The notes below the pieces were generated by a model. The model was not told the origin of the DNA. It searched no databases and saw only the letters and a program-made list of their open reading frames with translations. The position numbers were made by a program, and so were the translations under genes. Shown here in pieces: positions 39,701-53,704 of a stretch of DNA of 64,000 bases. The stretch comes from Takakia lepidozioides. Its lineage: Eukaryota > Plantae > Bryophyta. Each line of letters begins with the position of its first letter. Within the stretch, counting starts at the first letter, position 1. The stretch lies in the NCBI GenBank assembly GCA_030704615.1, contig CM060731.1:78554001-78618000 (forward strand), given 5' to 3'.

Positions 39701-41216
39701 CACATGCCACGGAAACACAGGAATAGTGTGATGCATAATCCAAACACAAATAAACAAACCACACCACTCAAATCTCTTGACCCCATATGCCATAAAAACA
39801 CAGAAATAGTATGCTGAGTAATACAAATACACAACCAAATCAAAAGTACATGCTGATGCTCAAACCTACCATCCCAACCCACTTTCTTCCATGTACACCT
39901 GTCTCCCTCCTTACAACTCTCAAAATTAACAGTCTTTCCTCACATTCAGGCAAATCTCCAAAAACAGGAAACAGAGATGAGGAAAAGCTTCTGGAATATT
40001 TTTAGATTCCAGTCAATGGTGGGAAAATCTAGAGAAGCAGACAACAAGATGCATAACAGAGCTTTCTTCGAAATTGTCATCTTCTCTCTCTCCCCAACAT
40101 ATTTTTAAGGTCTTGGGAGCAATTCAGCATAGAATTTAGTGTGGTAAGTATGGTTGGGGTGTTTGCTAGAAAAATTCAGGCTGTCCTTGTCAGTTACTAG
40201 CAGCAAAGGGAGGATATATGCATTAAAGCACGGATCAATGAAGGAGCAGGGATGGTAGTGTGGGTCCAATCAGCCCAAGCCGAATTTCAAGGACAAGACT
40301 ATGGATCACCCTGCTTCTGTATTATGCGAACTGTCATTGACAGCAAACTTCATTGTCAGTCCAAAAAACACCTACCAAGCATGCGAGAGTTCTCATCTCA
40401 ATCACACCTCTAATAGAGATAGAGTCTAAAGCTCATCTTGCAAATGTTTCTTCCATGTCTGCCATGAAAATCCTCTTATAACCTAACCCTTGTATGACTA
40501 ACTAATTAGTATATTTCTGAGAACAATGTTCTTGCCCTAACCCTTGCACAAGTGATGATTTAGGTTTCCAATATAGGACTTCTGAATCCATACCCTTGCA
40601 CTAGTCATGATAACATCTAAGCCCTGAAATCGACAGAAGGGCTTCCATTTCTAACTAGAACTTCTTTCCAAAAGGACCCATTTCCTCACGATCAATTTGG
40701 AACCACATTATATACTTTTGACAGAAAGGCTCCAATTTCATGCTAGAGCTTTTTTCAAAACAACTCAGTTCTGCTTGAACGCTTCCTTCATCGGCAATAC
40801 CCAAAAGTTTCACAAGAGCTGTTTTGCAGAGACTAAGCCGTGCACCTGTTTCTTGCCCTGTTTGGGAAGACCAAGCCGAGTAAGTACATCTTTCAACTCC
40901 TTGATCCGAAAGGAATCCAATTGCTTCTGCGTATTAGCAGGGTACGTTGCAGTGTCAGTACCAATATACATAAAGATCATCATGATGGACTTAACTCCAT
41001 GTGAGAATGGCTTAGAAACATCCTAAGAGAGTGTAATAGCTGAAAGGAGAGTGTCACGATCTCATAACTTATGTGACTAACTTAGTTGTTGCCCCACTCA
41101 AAAGAGTAACTTCTCATGAAAATCAAACCACTCAAATGTGTGCATGGGGGGTGGGTGAGTGAGTGAAAGAGAACCTTGCAGCGTGCAGTGAGATCAGCCA
41201 GTGCCATTGTAGACAT
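27798..41216 (-). CDS. SIZ1: SIZ/PIAS-type SUMO E3 ligase (SAP, PHD, PINIT-like, SP-RING), 17 coding exons, 961 aa
   Basis: GT-AG exons join in frame: 41175-41216, 40846-40926 ([25 protein letters not shown]), 39588-39651, 39301-39373, 38719-38893, 38014-38147 (PHD), 37368-37436, 37022-37109, 34832-34907, 33625-33698, 33046-33153, 32048-32218, 31176-31280 and 30549-30629 ([30 protein letters not shown]), 29143-30318 (SIM-like VIVLSDTD), 28664-28859, 27798-27970. Total 2886 nt. Confidence 0.95.
30805..31050. repeat. Intronic degenerate tandem repeat (gaaagagaccatttcttgga...tgtcac...gaggtgt)
   Basis: Three to four related copies visible. Confidence 0.7.
36675..36889. repeat. Intronic tandem duplication of ~108 bp
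   Basis: gctccctcatttccagatggatatagg...ttccaccacattgtacccatc occurs twice. Confidence 0.9.
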
Positions 41217-44200
41217 CCTTAGCACTTCACACTAATCTATAATTGGCTTGCTCCTTCATCAGGCGGCCTCAATCCAAAGGTTTGTTTTCCCTACAGTAAT
41301 TGTCCCATGGATAATTATGGAAGATGTATCCTGCCTATGCATCTCTCCACCACCCATTGCATTTCTGGTGAAGGGTGTGGAGAGAGGCTTCTCTATTAGC
41401 GGTCCAAGACGTCCTCTACCCACATGTCCATCTTACTAAACGATGAGTAACGAACAGACAAACATACAACACAAAGGACTTCACTGTACATGATAGATTT
41501 ACACTTTACCAACTAGAAAATAGGGTTACGGGGATAAAAGAAAGGGACGTTCTTCCACAAACTATAATCAGAAGAAAAAAATGCCCGTTAAGCACAATAC
41601 CGCAAAACAATGTCACGGAAGTGAAAGGAAGAGAAGGAGACAAATGCAATTTAGTAAAGGATTGAAAATGTGGGCACAAAGAGAATACAACGAGATAGAT
41701 GACGAGTGAGGACTACTGAATGACTGTAGAAACTGAAACTGTCATACGTGGGCATACACATGAAGAACCCATCGCGTGAGCTGACTGGAGTAATACCTAA
41801 CAATCGGAGTCAATTCTGACAATTCGAAGGAAGAAAAAAGAGAAAGACAGACCGAGGATGGACACCAACTCCACGCTCAGGGTGTGCCAAGAGATGACAC
41901 CAAAACCTAAATTCCTTCCAATTCTGCAGCACTTACGTAAGACAAAATCCTGAGTGAGAATTCGACAGGAAAGGTAGGCGAATACAAGAACATACGGAAC
42001 CGGCAGCAAACCGAGGGTTTCCAAACACCCCCGCCAGGAGGACTCACGAGAGCTAGAAAACACAAACGCACCCCCGCATAGAATCGTTCGAAAAAAAACT
42101 TGGAACAAAATTCAACAGAAAGAATGCCACAAATCCACAAGCAAGCAAATCAGCCCGCGCTCCCTTAAATCGTCTGGGCTATGGGAAGAAAATCCTCGGC
42201 TGGAGCTACACAGTGAGCCCTGGGCAGAGCAGGAAGGACGAGGGACGACGAACGAAGAAACCGAGCCGGTCACCTCCTCCCTAACGCGGCCCGCCTCCCG
42301 CCATTCTCTGGGGCTACCGGCTGGCCTACCGGCAATGCACTTTCGCGTGCCGAGACGCAACATCCACGAGACTCCGAACCTCATCCATCTCATGGATGAA
42401 AAGTACACCCTTTTGCGGTCACTAAAAAAAGCAAAAAGCAAAACAAAATCTTCCAATATATTTTAAAGAAAATAAAATTTTATTTTTGTATTTTCTTTGT
42501 TGGGAAAGGGGACAAATATTTAATGGGATAAAATAATTACTTGTGTAGCAATGGTATTGCCAAAAACTTATCACCAAATATTCCAAAAAATTGAATAAAC
42601 ATGTTTTTCTTTGTCCTTTACAATTGTATAGCATAGTGCGTGCACCTTGGTCGTCCATATCTATCATCCATTGAATCCATCCATCTGGAATTCTGCGGGA
42701 CAATGTTATGAGGTATAATGGGTATTATCCATCCATGGTTGCAATAACTGAAGTTCTATTCTATTTTTTAATTTAAAAAGAAACGACTGAAAATTTAGGC
42801 AAAAAGTGCAGTGAAATTGCACAATTATTTGAGTTCTGACGTTCTAGTTGTCAGATACAAATTAAGGGAAGGACAAAAACGAACAACTACAATGGATGAA
42901 AGCTGTCATATGTAATCCTTGTGGATGTAGCATCCATCTTGTGATCACTCCGTGCAATATGGATATACCAGGTATATCCCGTATCTTTTCTCCATCTTTC
43001 TGGAACATTCTTATCATTTACATATTCCAGACATATTCTAGATATTTCTACCATATCAATCAGATGTTCTAGGGATATTTGATGCAAAATAGGAATGCTT
43101 TTATTGGGTGCTCATGTGAAATGATTTTCTATTAGGAAGGTCTCGAGGAGAGAGGTATGGAAAGGTCAATAGTCAACGACCAAACTAGTTCGGTAGCTTA
43201 GTTGGATAGAGCACTGAGTGCCACCCAAGATGATTCTGGGGTCAAATCTTGCTACCTTGACTGGTGTACTCCATCTCCTACCATAGAAATCTGCAAGAAA
43301 ATCCCGCCGCAATAAATAAAGGCTATAATATCAAACTTCGGTCCAAAAACAATTAGTTCCTGCATATAAGGTGCCAAAGAAAGCACTTAACATCCCACAT
43401 TTGGTTTATCTTTCTTTTACCTTTCTTCTGTTTTCTTTTTGTGGAGAAAAGGGCCGCGGTGGGACTAATAGGAGGAATTAATTTTTGTTAGAGTTATGCC
43501 TGGCCTCATGCTCTGCCCTATTATTTCGCCCTGTTTGTAGCTAGCTATAAATTGTCCATTTTCTTAGGGCAGAAACAAAATTATGCTACAAAACTTCTGA
43601 AAAAAGAACTGGTTCCATGCCTAATTTCCAGGAATGGTTGCATTCACAGGCACTGCCGCCAAAAACTTTTGGGCCCAATCAGATTGTATTTCGGGCTGTT
43701 TCAGTTCAATGCCCGGGGTCACCAGAATGTGCCAGAAAATGTAATGTGTTATGGAGGTCGGAGTTCAACGTCTGGATAGGCTTCCGGAATGTGCCTGAGT
43801 TCAAAGGATCTGCCCAAGTCCTCAATGGTCTATTGCTTTGACGCTTTGAATTCACCATACCTTGCCATGACAGATTTGCAGGCTACGTCCTGCAGCATGT
43901 CTTCTTTGATATTTTACGACTCCACGTCCATTGTCAACCAAAATCTGCCCTAGTCTTCAACCTACATTTGTTGGCAGCTTTCACAGCTATGAGCCTTTGG
44001 TACTGATAAATTTGCCAGTTCCATACTCTGGTGGGATTGGCCTAATTCTTGAGCTTGCCACTGTCACCCTGGTCCCTGATGGTAAGTTGAATCGACAATT
44101 TCATGCAGCCAAGCCTAAACGACATTTTGCAGTTTAGGGTATCCTTCAACTTTGTCATTTGACGCTTATACATAGGCCCAATTATGTTGTTAAAACTTAA

Positions 44201-45534
44201 ATTTAATGCTTAAACTTGATATGTCCCCTTCTTTTCCAAATTTGAAGGAATATCAATGGGGTGGTTATTCTTTCTTTTGACATATACCAGACACACTCAC
44301 AAGGGGTAATTTCAAAATGTTATTTGAGTTGTTTGCGTTCTTAATATGCCTGCTTCTTTTTCAGATTTGAAGGGGTATAAAATCTCTAAAATTTCATCCA
44401 GGGCCCCTGTCCCCTGTTCATTAGGGGGGGAAAAAAAACACACTTGGGATGGTTATTCTTTTGACATATACCACACAACTAAGGGGTATTTTCAAAATTA
44501 ATAATGATTAAAAGGCCGAGGAAAAGCCCTTGATTGAACAAAGTCCAGAAGTACAAAACGAAGGGTAGTATAATGGGCCGAAGTATGGTACTGGCATAAG
44601 CATGATACATGAGAGCTCAAAGAATCAAATTGGAAGTAGAGAGGCTCTTTGGCCAATATTACTTAATAAGGTTATTTCAGGCACAATAATAATCACAGAC
44701 TCCAATAGAAAGCCAAAAAATGCTAAGGACTGGTACATAGAGGGCTGAAGCGGAGTACTTGAGCTCAAAGAACGCCTCAAAACAAATTGGAAGTAGAATT
44801 GTGACCTGTTGCTCCCATATTGTTTTTTTCTTTTTCTTTTTAATGGGGTAGAAAAGCTCTTTGGCCAACATTAATGAATAAGATTATCTCAAGCACAATC
44901 TCAAGTCTTTCATTTATTTATTAAAATATGTGTATCATACCCACACTAATTTGAAAAAAAAACTTGACACACCTATTAGTGCATGTCCAACACTATTTAC
45001 CACCCACACTAATTGGGGACCCACACTAATTGGGGACCCACACTAAATGTTGGCTTGGGTGTAATTAAGAGCAGTTCTCGGGTGCAAATAGCAATACACA
45101 TGCCCCACCCTCCAAATGGAACCACATACTAAACCATATGCAAACAACCTCATCACCACAACCCCTTCAAAACAGCTATGATGGACAATATTTCGAGTTA
45201 AGTAATGTACATCAATAGATTTGAGCCATTTGAACACCTACTCGTTATTGTTTGTAATGTATGTTAGTGTCAAAGAACCAATGAGCATTTTAGACTATGG
45301 ACTAAGATGGAGAAACCTCCATACCAATCTAAAGAAAATTGGTTCATATCGTGGTCCTTAGATTCATATTGATATGCATAGTAAGGACCATGTAAGAATT
45401 ACCCAGTAACCACGGTAATCTGTAAGCTTAGTACGGTGCGGAGTATCACAGGCACTCATGGGCTAACAGCTCATCATCTTTTCCAAGAAGTTGCCGCTGA
45501 TTTTCTGGGCTTCTCGACTAGCTGGGACGAACGA

Positions 45535-47150
45535 AGATTTTCACCAAAATTTACTTGAGATGAGCTTATAACCTTGTACGGATAAAAGAAGGAGACGAAT
45601 GGAAAACAGCTTTTCGAACAAGGTATGGACATTTTGAATACAGTGTTATGCCTTTCGGTCTTACAAATGCTCCAACAATTTTCCAACATATGATGAATGA
45701 CATCTTTCGAGAATTTTTAGATGACTTTGCAGTCATCTATTTAGACGACATTTTGATATTTTTACATAATGAAGAAGAACATGGGCGCCATGTACGCCTT
45801 GTCCTTGATAAATTAAGAGAAAAAAGACTATATGTCAAGTTGGAGAAATGTCTATTTCATCAATCTGAGGTCGAATTTCTGGGCTACATTATTTCCGACA
45901 AAGACGTCTTTATGGATCAGAAGAAAATACAAATCATCATCGAGTGGATTAAACCAACTTCGGTCCGAGATGTATAATATTTTCTGGGATTTGCAAATTT
46001 CTATGGAATCTTCATCAAGGACTACTCCAAAATTGCTGCACCATTGACACGACTCACAGGGAAGGACAAATTTGTATCGGACGAGAAGGCTGACTAGACA
46101 TTTGAAAGGCTGAAGCAGGCATTTACAACGGCTCCAATACTGGTACATCGGACAGCAGATACATCGGACTTTGCACTTGGCGCTATACTCTCTCAATACA
46201 GTACGGATGGCCGACTTCATCCTGTTGGTTTTTGTTCTCGCAATTTTTCCGCTGCAGAAATCAATTATGAAATCCATGCAAAGAACTTCTAGCGATCATC
46301 GATGCTTTTGAGGAGTGACGTCATCTATTGGAGGGAGCTAAACATAAGGTCACTGTCTACACCGATCACAAAAACCTCGAATATTTTATGAGTGCTCGTG
46401 TTTTGAATCGACGTCAAACAAGATGGGTTATGTCACTAGCAATGTTTGATTTTTTTATTACCTATCGCCCCAGACATCTTCAAGGGAAACCCGATGCTTT
46501 TTCTCGACGATCGTATCATGCGCCGAAAAAAAGGGAGGCAGCTTTCGACCAACAAGATTCCATCATCTTGAAACCAGCAAATCTCTAATTGAATATGTTA
46601 TCCATGTCCACCTATGACGATGCAGAGATCATAAAGGAGATTCAGGAATCACTGAAGAGCGACCAATTTGCTACGACACTACGAAGTCAACTAAATCGAC
46701 CTCGAGACAACCCACATGTTGCAAACGACTTCGAATTCTTCAAACATGTCATGATCTTCCGACTGTAGGACATTTCGGCTTCAACAAAACAATGGAATAT
46801 ATATCTTTATATTTATATTTCGGCTTCAACAAAACAATGGAATTGATATCCAGGGACTATTGGTGGCTGCAGATGTGGAAACTCGTTAAAGAATTTATAA
46901 AATCTTGCGACACGTGTGTTAGAGCGAAAGGATCATGACATCGACCTTACGGCCTTCTGCAACCATTATCCATTCCCAAGGGTCCATGGTCGTCCGTGTC
47001 TATGGACTTTATTACGGACCTCCCAATTTCCAAGACCACCGATTCAATCCTTGTTATTGTAGATCGTTTTACGAAGATGACACATTTTATTCCATGTAAT
47101 AAGACGGTTATCGGCGAGGAAACTGCAAGACTCTTTCTCAATAATATCTA
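45535..47150 (+). mobile_element. Decayed Ty3/gypsy pol fragment (RT, RNase H, integrase N-terminal half), Tcn1-like
   Basis: [40 protein letters not shown] and SMDFITDLP; many stops; no LTRs found. The clade call is from motif resemblance only. Confidence 0.88.
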
Positions 47151-50100
47151 CTTGCAATTTTATGATAAGAAGTGTTGAGTTTACGTGTGCAGTGTTAAAT
47201 TTGTTTGTTGTTCGTGGACATTTTGGAGGGGTTCATGTATATAACGTTGTAGTAGCATATACATTTCTAGAACAAATGTTGTTGCAGATGTATTGGAGGA
47301 TATAAATTCCTATGGGGGATCTAAAATATAAGATGTTTTCTAAAGCCATGATAACATGTGAAATTATAAAATGCTAAACTTTGCGAAATATTTATCTTTT
47401 ATATACGTTTCAGAAAGATTTTTTTTTTTATCTCGATACAATATTGAAATCCTACCGGGGGTTTGTATGGATCTTCCTCCATGTAGAGAGATAATTGTGT
47501 TGCCTCTAAAGCTGTAACTTCTTCCATTTATCTTATATTTGTGATTTGCTGGAATGCAAGTCATATGGGCTTTCTATGACACTTGTGTGTAGCCAGGGGG
47601 GAGGAGCTTAAAAGTGGAAGGTATTCTCGGATCTCATTTGTCAGCAATCAGCTGCTAATCCTCCCTGACTTTCTGTAGATGTCTGCGCCTCTGGGGCTTC
47701 CATTGGAGGAGGATGTACATGGAGTGTTTGATGAGAAAGACAATGTTTCTTAGGATTACTACACTTCGGTAGATGATCCCCCTCCATCTTAATATACAAC
47801 GTTTCAGTTTATTGAGCGGGACTTGATGCTAGATGCTGATGCAGGGTCAGTCAGTACCTATGAGACGGATCTTATTGCATTTTTGCAGAGGTTTTTTTTT
47901 CAGATATTGTCGTGAGAGATGTCATGCAAACGCACAGAGATGTGCAGGAGTCTCCTATTGGAGTGGACTATTTAGTACGTGATGATTTTGGTCTAGCAGA
48001 TGTGGAGGCTTTGTTTTGCAGTTTGTTGGTTAGCTCCAGACGTCCACTTGGTGGCGATGATGAGGGGGGACTCCAGTGGCCCATCGGACCCAGTCTAGAT
48101 ATCATGTCAGCCCTAGTCAGAGAGGATCATCCTATCTTGGTACTCAAGGGTTAGAGCGGGGGCGACGGGGTAGAAGGGCAGGTAGGCGTGGTGGTGGTGA
48201 TCGGGGTTTGAGGGGCGCCGAGAGGTTTTTTCCTAAGATACACTGTTTGGATGTGCTCCTTCCTGCAACAACACCAATTTCTCCAACCTCCCCAACACCG
48301 CCTCCTCCACACTCCTCCTGACTCCACCACGCATCTGCGAGCTTGCAAAATGTAGACGAGAATCCGATCGCAGGAGTAGGCGCTGAAAAGAGACGTCAGT
48401 TCACAATAGGACTCCTCGGCGAGGGATCAAGATTCGTGAGTGATCCACACTCTTTAGCTCGCATGATGTCGTAGCTACCTATCATTTGCGAGCGTATGAT
48501 CCTTTCTCATCTGTGTCTTCCTCTGTTACCCTTTATCATGGCTTTCGGAGTGTGTCATGAGCATAGTCGTGAACAATGTTAATGTATTAGGTAACTTTTT
48601 TAGCGAGCATTCTCTCCTCTTGTTGCATTAATGCTTTGCTTCTTTTCGTAGGTTTGTGCTTTACATTTGTAGTTTTTCTATGGCTATAGTGTTTGTGCTT
48701 CATTATTGTGGTGGAAATTCTGGATCTACTTAAGGATTAAAACAAACTATGATAACTACATTTTTCTGTCACGACGTACTTTTTACATTACATAGTTTGA
48801 TTCAGTTGGACTTAGAGATAAATTTTTTATTAGAATGATGAAATGAGACCCACTCTTATGCTTTCAACTACTACAAGCTTCACTCTTTACGGTTTCATCA
48901 CAAATGAAGTTGATTGCTCGAAGTACCTATTGGACTTTTGAAAAATGTATATGACAATGTCGCAGTCCATAACAAAACATATTATGGACTTTTTGCACTC
49001 ACCATAGAAAATAAATATGCAAAACGAGACTTATATTGGTATTGCCCTAGTCTTAAACATATTTTTTTAATTTTTTTAAAAAATTGAATCCCTGGTTACT
49101 TTATTGATAATTATTGAGGGGAAAAAAATTAAAACCCCGTTGTCGCCATAAGGCACACACACCGTATTCAGTGTATTAAGAGCCAATCATCTCCTGATGG
49201 AGATTAAATCTGGAGAACAAAATACCGTGCCACTACTGATAGACACTTACACAAAGATCTGAAACATATTAAAATCACATAAAAAACGTGAAATTTCTAA
49301 TTTTTACATATTATTTTAGGCCTAATTTTTATTTTATTTTACAAAGTACATGCTTGGATGGAAGGAAAGTAAAACTATGTAGTCTCTTCACTAAAAACGT
49401 ACATTTGATGTAGATGAATAGTTGTCCGCTATTCATTATATGATATCATGAAAACATGGATAATATGTTTCACGGTGATATGACGTCATATGATACATGG
49501 CATTATCTTGAACGTTCATATTCCCCATCCTATTTGAGATGATATGATCTATGTCGTCTTTTTGAGAAGACCATCGGATTTGAACGTTGCCGGTCACTTT
49601 AATGACGTATATCACGTGGCGCGCATACTTCCATCTTAATTAGAAAATCCATTAAGCAATGTTTGCTTTTGGGCTGCTTGTGTTGGGTCCATCTATTTTC
49701 CTCGCAATTTGTTTTCTCTTTTGTTGAAAGCTGAAAAACATGTTTTCATTTCCTAAATAATTTGGGATAGGGTGAAGATGTATGCAATGCAGCCCCTGTT
49801 TCTCCCTAAATTCTATCAGACTTTGCTGGCAGTGTTCCTGGTCAAGTTAGGGGATGTGTACATCAGACTCTTATGTATACAATGAGTGAAGTCATATGTG
49901 CTTAAAGATGAGTGGTTATATGGACTGTTCATTCTTCAATCAGTTGTTTGGTAGTCTTTAGTGCATATGGAGAATGTTATATACTCTATGGTACTTGAAA
50001 GTGGATATTTGTGTACTGTAGTCATTTATAGATGAGTTTCTGTGTAGTCTATGGTATTTTATGTTGATGTTTGTGTACATTATGCATTTGCAGATGAGTT

Positions 50101-51344
50101 GTTGTATAACCAATGTTCGCATGGGGAGGGCTATGTAATATAGGGTACTTGAAATGGAGTGATTGTATAGTTCTTGGTGGACTTTGTGATGTTTTTGTGT
50201 TGTCCCATGGTGCTTGATTATAGTGCAATATACTACATATAAAAGTGTGGATAGTCCATCATAACTCAAAGAGGTATTTATGTACTTTGTCCTTGCATGT
50301 GTTATGTTGTCAATGATGCTTCATAGATAAATTTATGTTATACAACTAATATTAATATCTATGAGCTTAGGACAGAAATATGGATTGCTTCTAATCGAGA
50401 AAATCTGAAATATTGACTTCTGGATTTTATTTTATTTTGTGTGTAGAATGAGGTTTATCTCATATTCAAGGCTGCTAATCCTACTGCTGTTATTGGACAA
50501 TGATCTTTCGAGGCTCTAAAGCCATTCTTTGTGAAACCAATGAAAAATCGCAACACTTGTGCCTACATCTATCATGTCGAGCTGAACGAACTTCGACTTG
50601 GCTTGAACAACATGAGGGTAAGCCTTCATGCCAAAGAAATTTGTAATTGCCGCTGTAAAGGGTTGTGCAGTGCTATTTAGGTGCATTTTCCATCCCCCAT
50701 TGTCTACGCGCTCCATTAGCATGCAGTCTACTGATATGGCTTGGCAAAGTCTCCTCTTGAAAGCCTAAGGAACTTTGCAGGGGTAGCCAGCATCCACGAA
50801 GTCTCTCAAATCCTTTTGAGCTTAGTTCATTGCTTCCTTGAGATCCAGATTGCCTCGTAACTCACATATGTAGGAAGACTTTGCTTCGAGATAGCCGTGG
50901 CACACCTCTTGGCTTGTATAATGGTAAAACAACGCATAAAATGTAGAACTCTAGGAATAATGTATAAACTCAATGCACGTGTGTAATCTCTAAGAGGACA
51001 ATAGGTCAATTTCTGACATATCAAATCTTCCCCAACCCCCTCTTGCAAATTGGAATGAGATGACACTCGAATGGGGTTGCACCAAAGTGATGGCATGATA
51101 CCAAAGGGAATGTCACTCCATTCGGTGTAACTCCAGTTGCAATTACATATGGTTTTGAAATTTCACTAAGTCCAAATTTAGCTAAGCATAAGATGTATTA
51201 GGAAGAGTTACATAAGACATAGGATGACATCAACCATTAAGTTCTTATATTCTTCATATTAGTTTTTGCATAAAATATATTTCCAATTAAAAATAAAATA
51301 TATGTTGATTTTTTTATAAAATTTGAACATTGTTCCCAAAAGTC

Positions 51345-51822
51345 GTCACTAGTACGCGGAGCAACGTACATAACCTTAGCTATAGCGATGATTGAAGGTC
51401 GGAAACTAGTTTTAGTATAGAGCAGGAATAGGTACTATAGTGCCATATCATCATCAGACACATCATTGTAGTCATTTTTTTGACTGCCCAAATAAAAGTT
51501 AGATTTTAAAGATCTTTTTTGCAAAATTAATCTGCTCTAATGTTATTTTTTTTTCTTTCTTCAGCCACGTCATCGTCATCATTTTTCTTGGCTGCCTTTG
51601 AAGGTTTTCAATTTTGAAAATTTGTTTTACAAATATGCTCTAGTATCGCGTTCTTCCTTTTTTTCAGCCAACTTGTCATCAACGTCATTTTTTTAAGCTG
51701 TCTAAAAAGAAGAAGAAAAAAAAAAACTCAAAATTTTGAAACCCTCACATGTTCAATTTTTGGTTTTATGGTGAGTGCGTTTTGATTTACTAACATATTA
51801 CGATAACACAAACACACACACA

Positions 51823-51876
<54 letters not shown>

Positions 51877-52274
51877 GAGTAATAGCTAATGAAATGTCAA
51901 AACTCTTTATGTTGGATTTTTGTCTCTTGTCTATATTTTGGATAACTAAAAAATATATCTATCAATTTGTTATTAATACACATCAACAATCTTTATGATA
52001 AGTATTACATGTACATCTATTTAGTCTCCATGTCTAAATATTTTAAATTTATTTGTTAAGATTTTGATTTTAAAAAGTACTTATAGACCACCCTTGATAT
52101 ATGTAGAGTAGGAATATGGTACTCTAGTGCCATGTCATCACCATGCCAGATCATCATTAGCCACATCATCGTCATCATTTTATAAAGTTGTCTGAGTTCT
52201 TGTTCAAAAGAAAAAAACCTGGACGTATGAAAATCATTTTTGGGCATCATCGTACTATTTAGGCTGTCTACCAG

Positions 52275-52317
<43 letters not shown>

Positions 52318-53530
52318 GATTTTTTAAAGTCATTTTTTGAATTCTGCTCTAATATTATTTTTCTCGTTTCTTTTGTTTCTTCACAAACATTCATTATGAT
52401 AAAATCACCAAACCAAAATCAATCGTTTACCCAGTTTTTAAACCCTCAAAAGTTCAACCCTCTGATTTTATGGTGAGCACGTTTCAAAGTACTAATATAC
52501 CATCTATGATAGTACATATCAGTGCGTTTTTTTTTCCTTCATTTTTCCAGAATTACAGGCCAATTCACCATTAATTGATTGAATATGTTTTTATTTTAGG
52601 ATTCATTATATTTTAATTTAAACTTCATAAGTGTAGTTTTTTCTAATTTAAAATTTAGTCTAGGGCAGTGTGCCCGGTTTTTTGGTCCCCTGGATTAGCC
52701 CGCACAGTGGCTGTTTGGTTCATAGAAACAATCTTTGCTCTTTTTGCATTTAATGTAGAATCAGATAGAAGTTATTTTCGTATCTTGGACTTTATCTCTG
52801 TTCGGAGAGGCTGGCTCGAACTACACTGATCACAGTGGGTATACCTCATGGTGTAACGGGGTTTTAATTTTTTTCCCCATCAAATAATTTATAATAAATA
52901 TATCAGGGATATAACCCCCCTGTTCCCTTAAATATAAATATAAATATAAATATATATATATATATAGAAACATTGAACTACATAAGAAAGAAGGGAAAAA
53001 AATTCTTGTTGAAGTAGCTACAATAAGTAGCTATATTATTTAGTTACTATATTTCAATAATATGTTTTTAAATATTGTACTTTTAAACATTGTTATCATA
53101 ACTTGTCACTAGTACTGCAGATTAACGAGCAACCTTAGTTCTAGTGACGACTAGGTCGGAAACTAGTTTTAGTAGAGAGGTGTCATAGTGCCACATCACG
53201 GTTGCCACATCATCATCAGCCATGTCATCACTCCCGGATTGCCTGAAACATTAACAAAAATATCATCTCTGCCACATCATCGTCGCCACGTTTTGGAGGC
53301 CAATTCATCACTCTACATTGTTGCTGCCCAGATTGCTTGAGAAAAAAAATAAAAATAAAAATAGAATCTGCTCTACTATTTAATCTGCTCTGTCAAATCT
53401 GCTCTACTATTTAATTTATTTTTATTTTCATCGTTTCTACACATATTCAATGTAAATGTTAGAGCACGTCCAAAATATTACTTTGATTTTGTGATAAGCA
53501 TGTTTCAATTTACCAATATCTTACGATAGT
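51345..53530. repeat. Three related ~400-450 bp repeat units with (CA)n(CT)n (about 51812-51873) and poly(A) (52275-52315)
   Basis: ggtact.tagtgcca..tcatca and tttatggtgag...tttactaa motifs recur near 51430, 52120 and 53180; gtcggaaactagttttagta occurs at ~51400 and ~53155. Confidence 0.6.
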
Positions 53531-53704
53531 ACTTGTAAATATAATAATGGTAATACTAATATATTATAATTATACAACAAAAATATCAAATAGATTCATA
53601 TTGAAATAAAATAAATATCAACACCATTAATGTACCGTAAAATATTATTACTGCAAAAAGATAGAACAACGCATTACTAAAATAGAGAATCATAAGAATT
53701 TTTT

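Noticed and set aside
43190-43255. tRNA gene (A-box and B-box-like motifs; similar at about 11405-11475)
   Set aside because: No convincing cloverleaf or acceptor stem; at most a decayed tRNA-derived SINE head.
47360-51000. LINE ORF1/ORF2 remnants on the minus strand
   Set aside because: Only vague peptide resemblance across many stops; no diagnostic motif I could confirm.
49089-52910. Large TIR element bounded by inverted similar segments (about 49089-49240 and 52770-52910)
   Set aside because: The arms are quite diverged and no TSD was found; more likely two copies of a dispersed repeat in opposite orientation.
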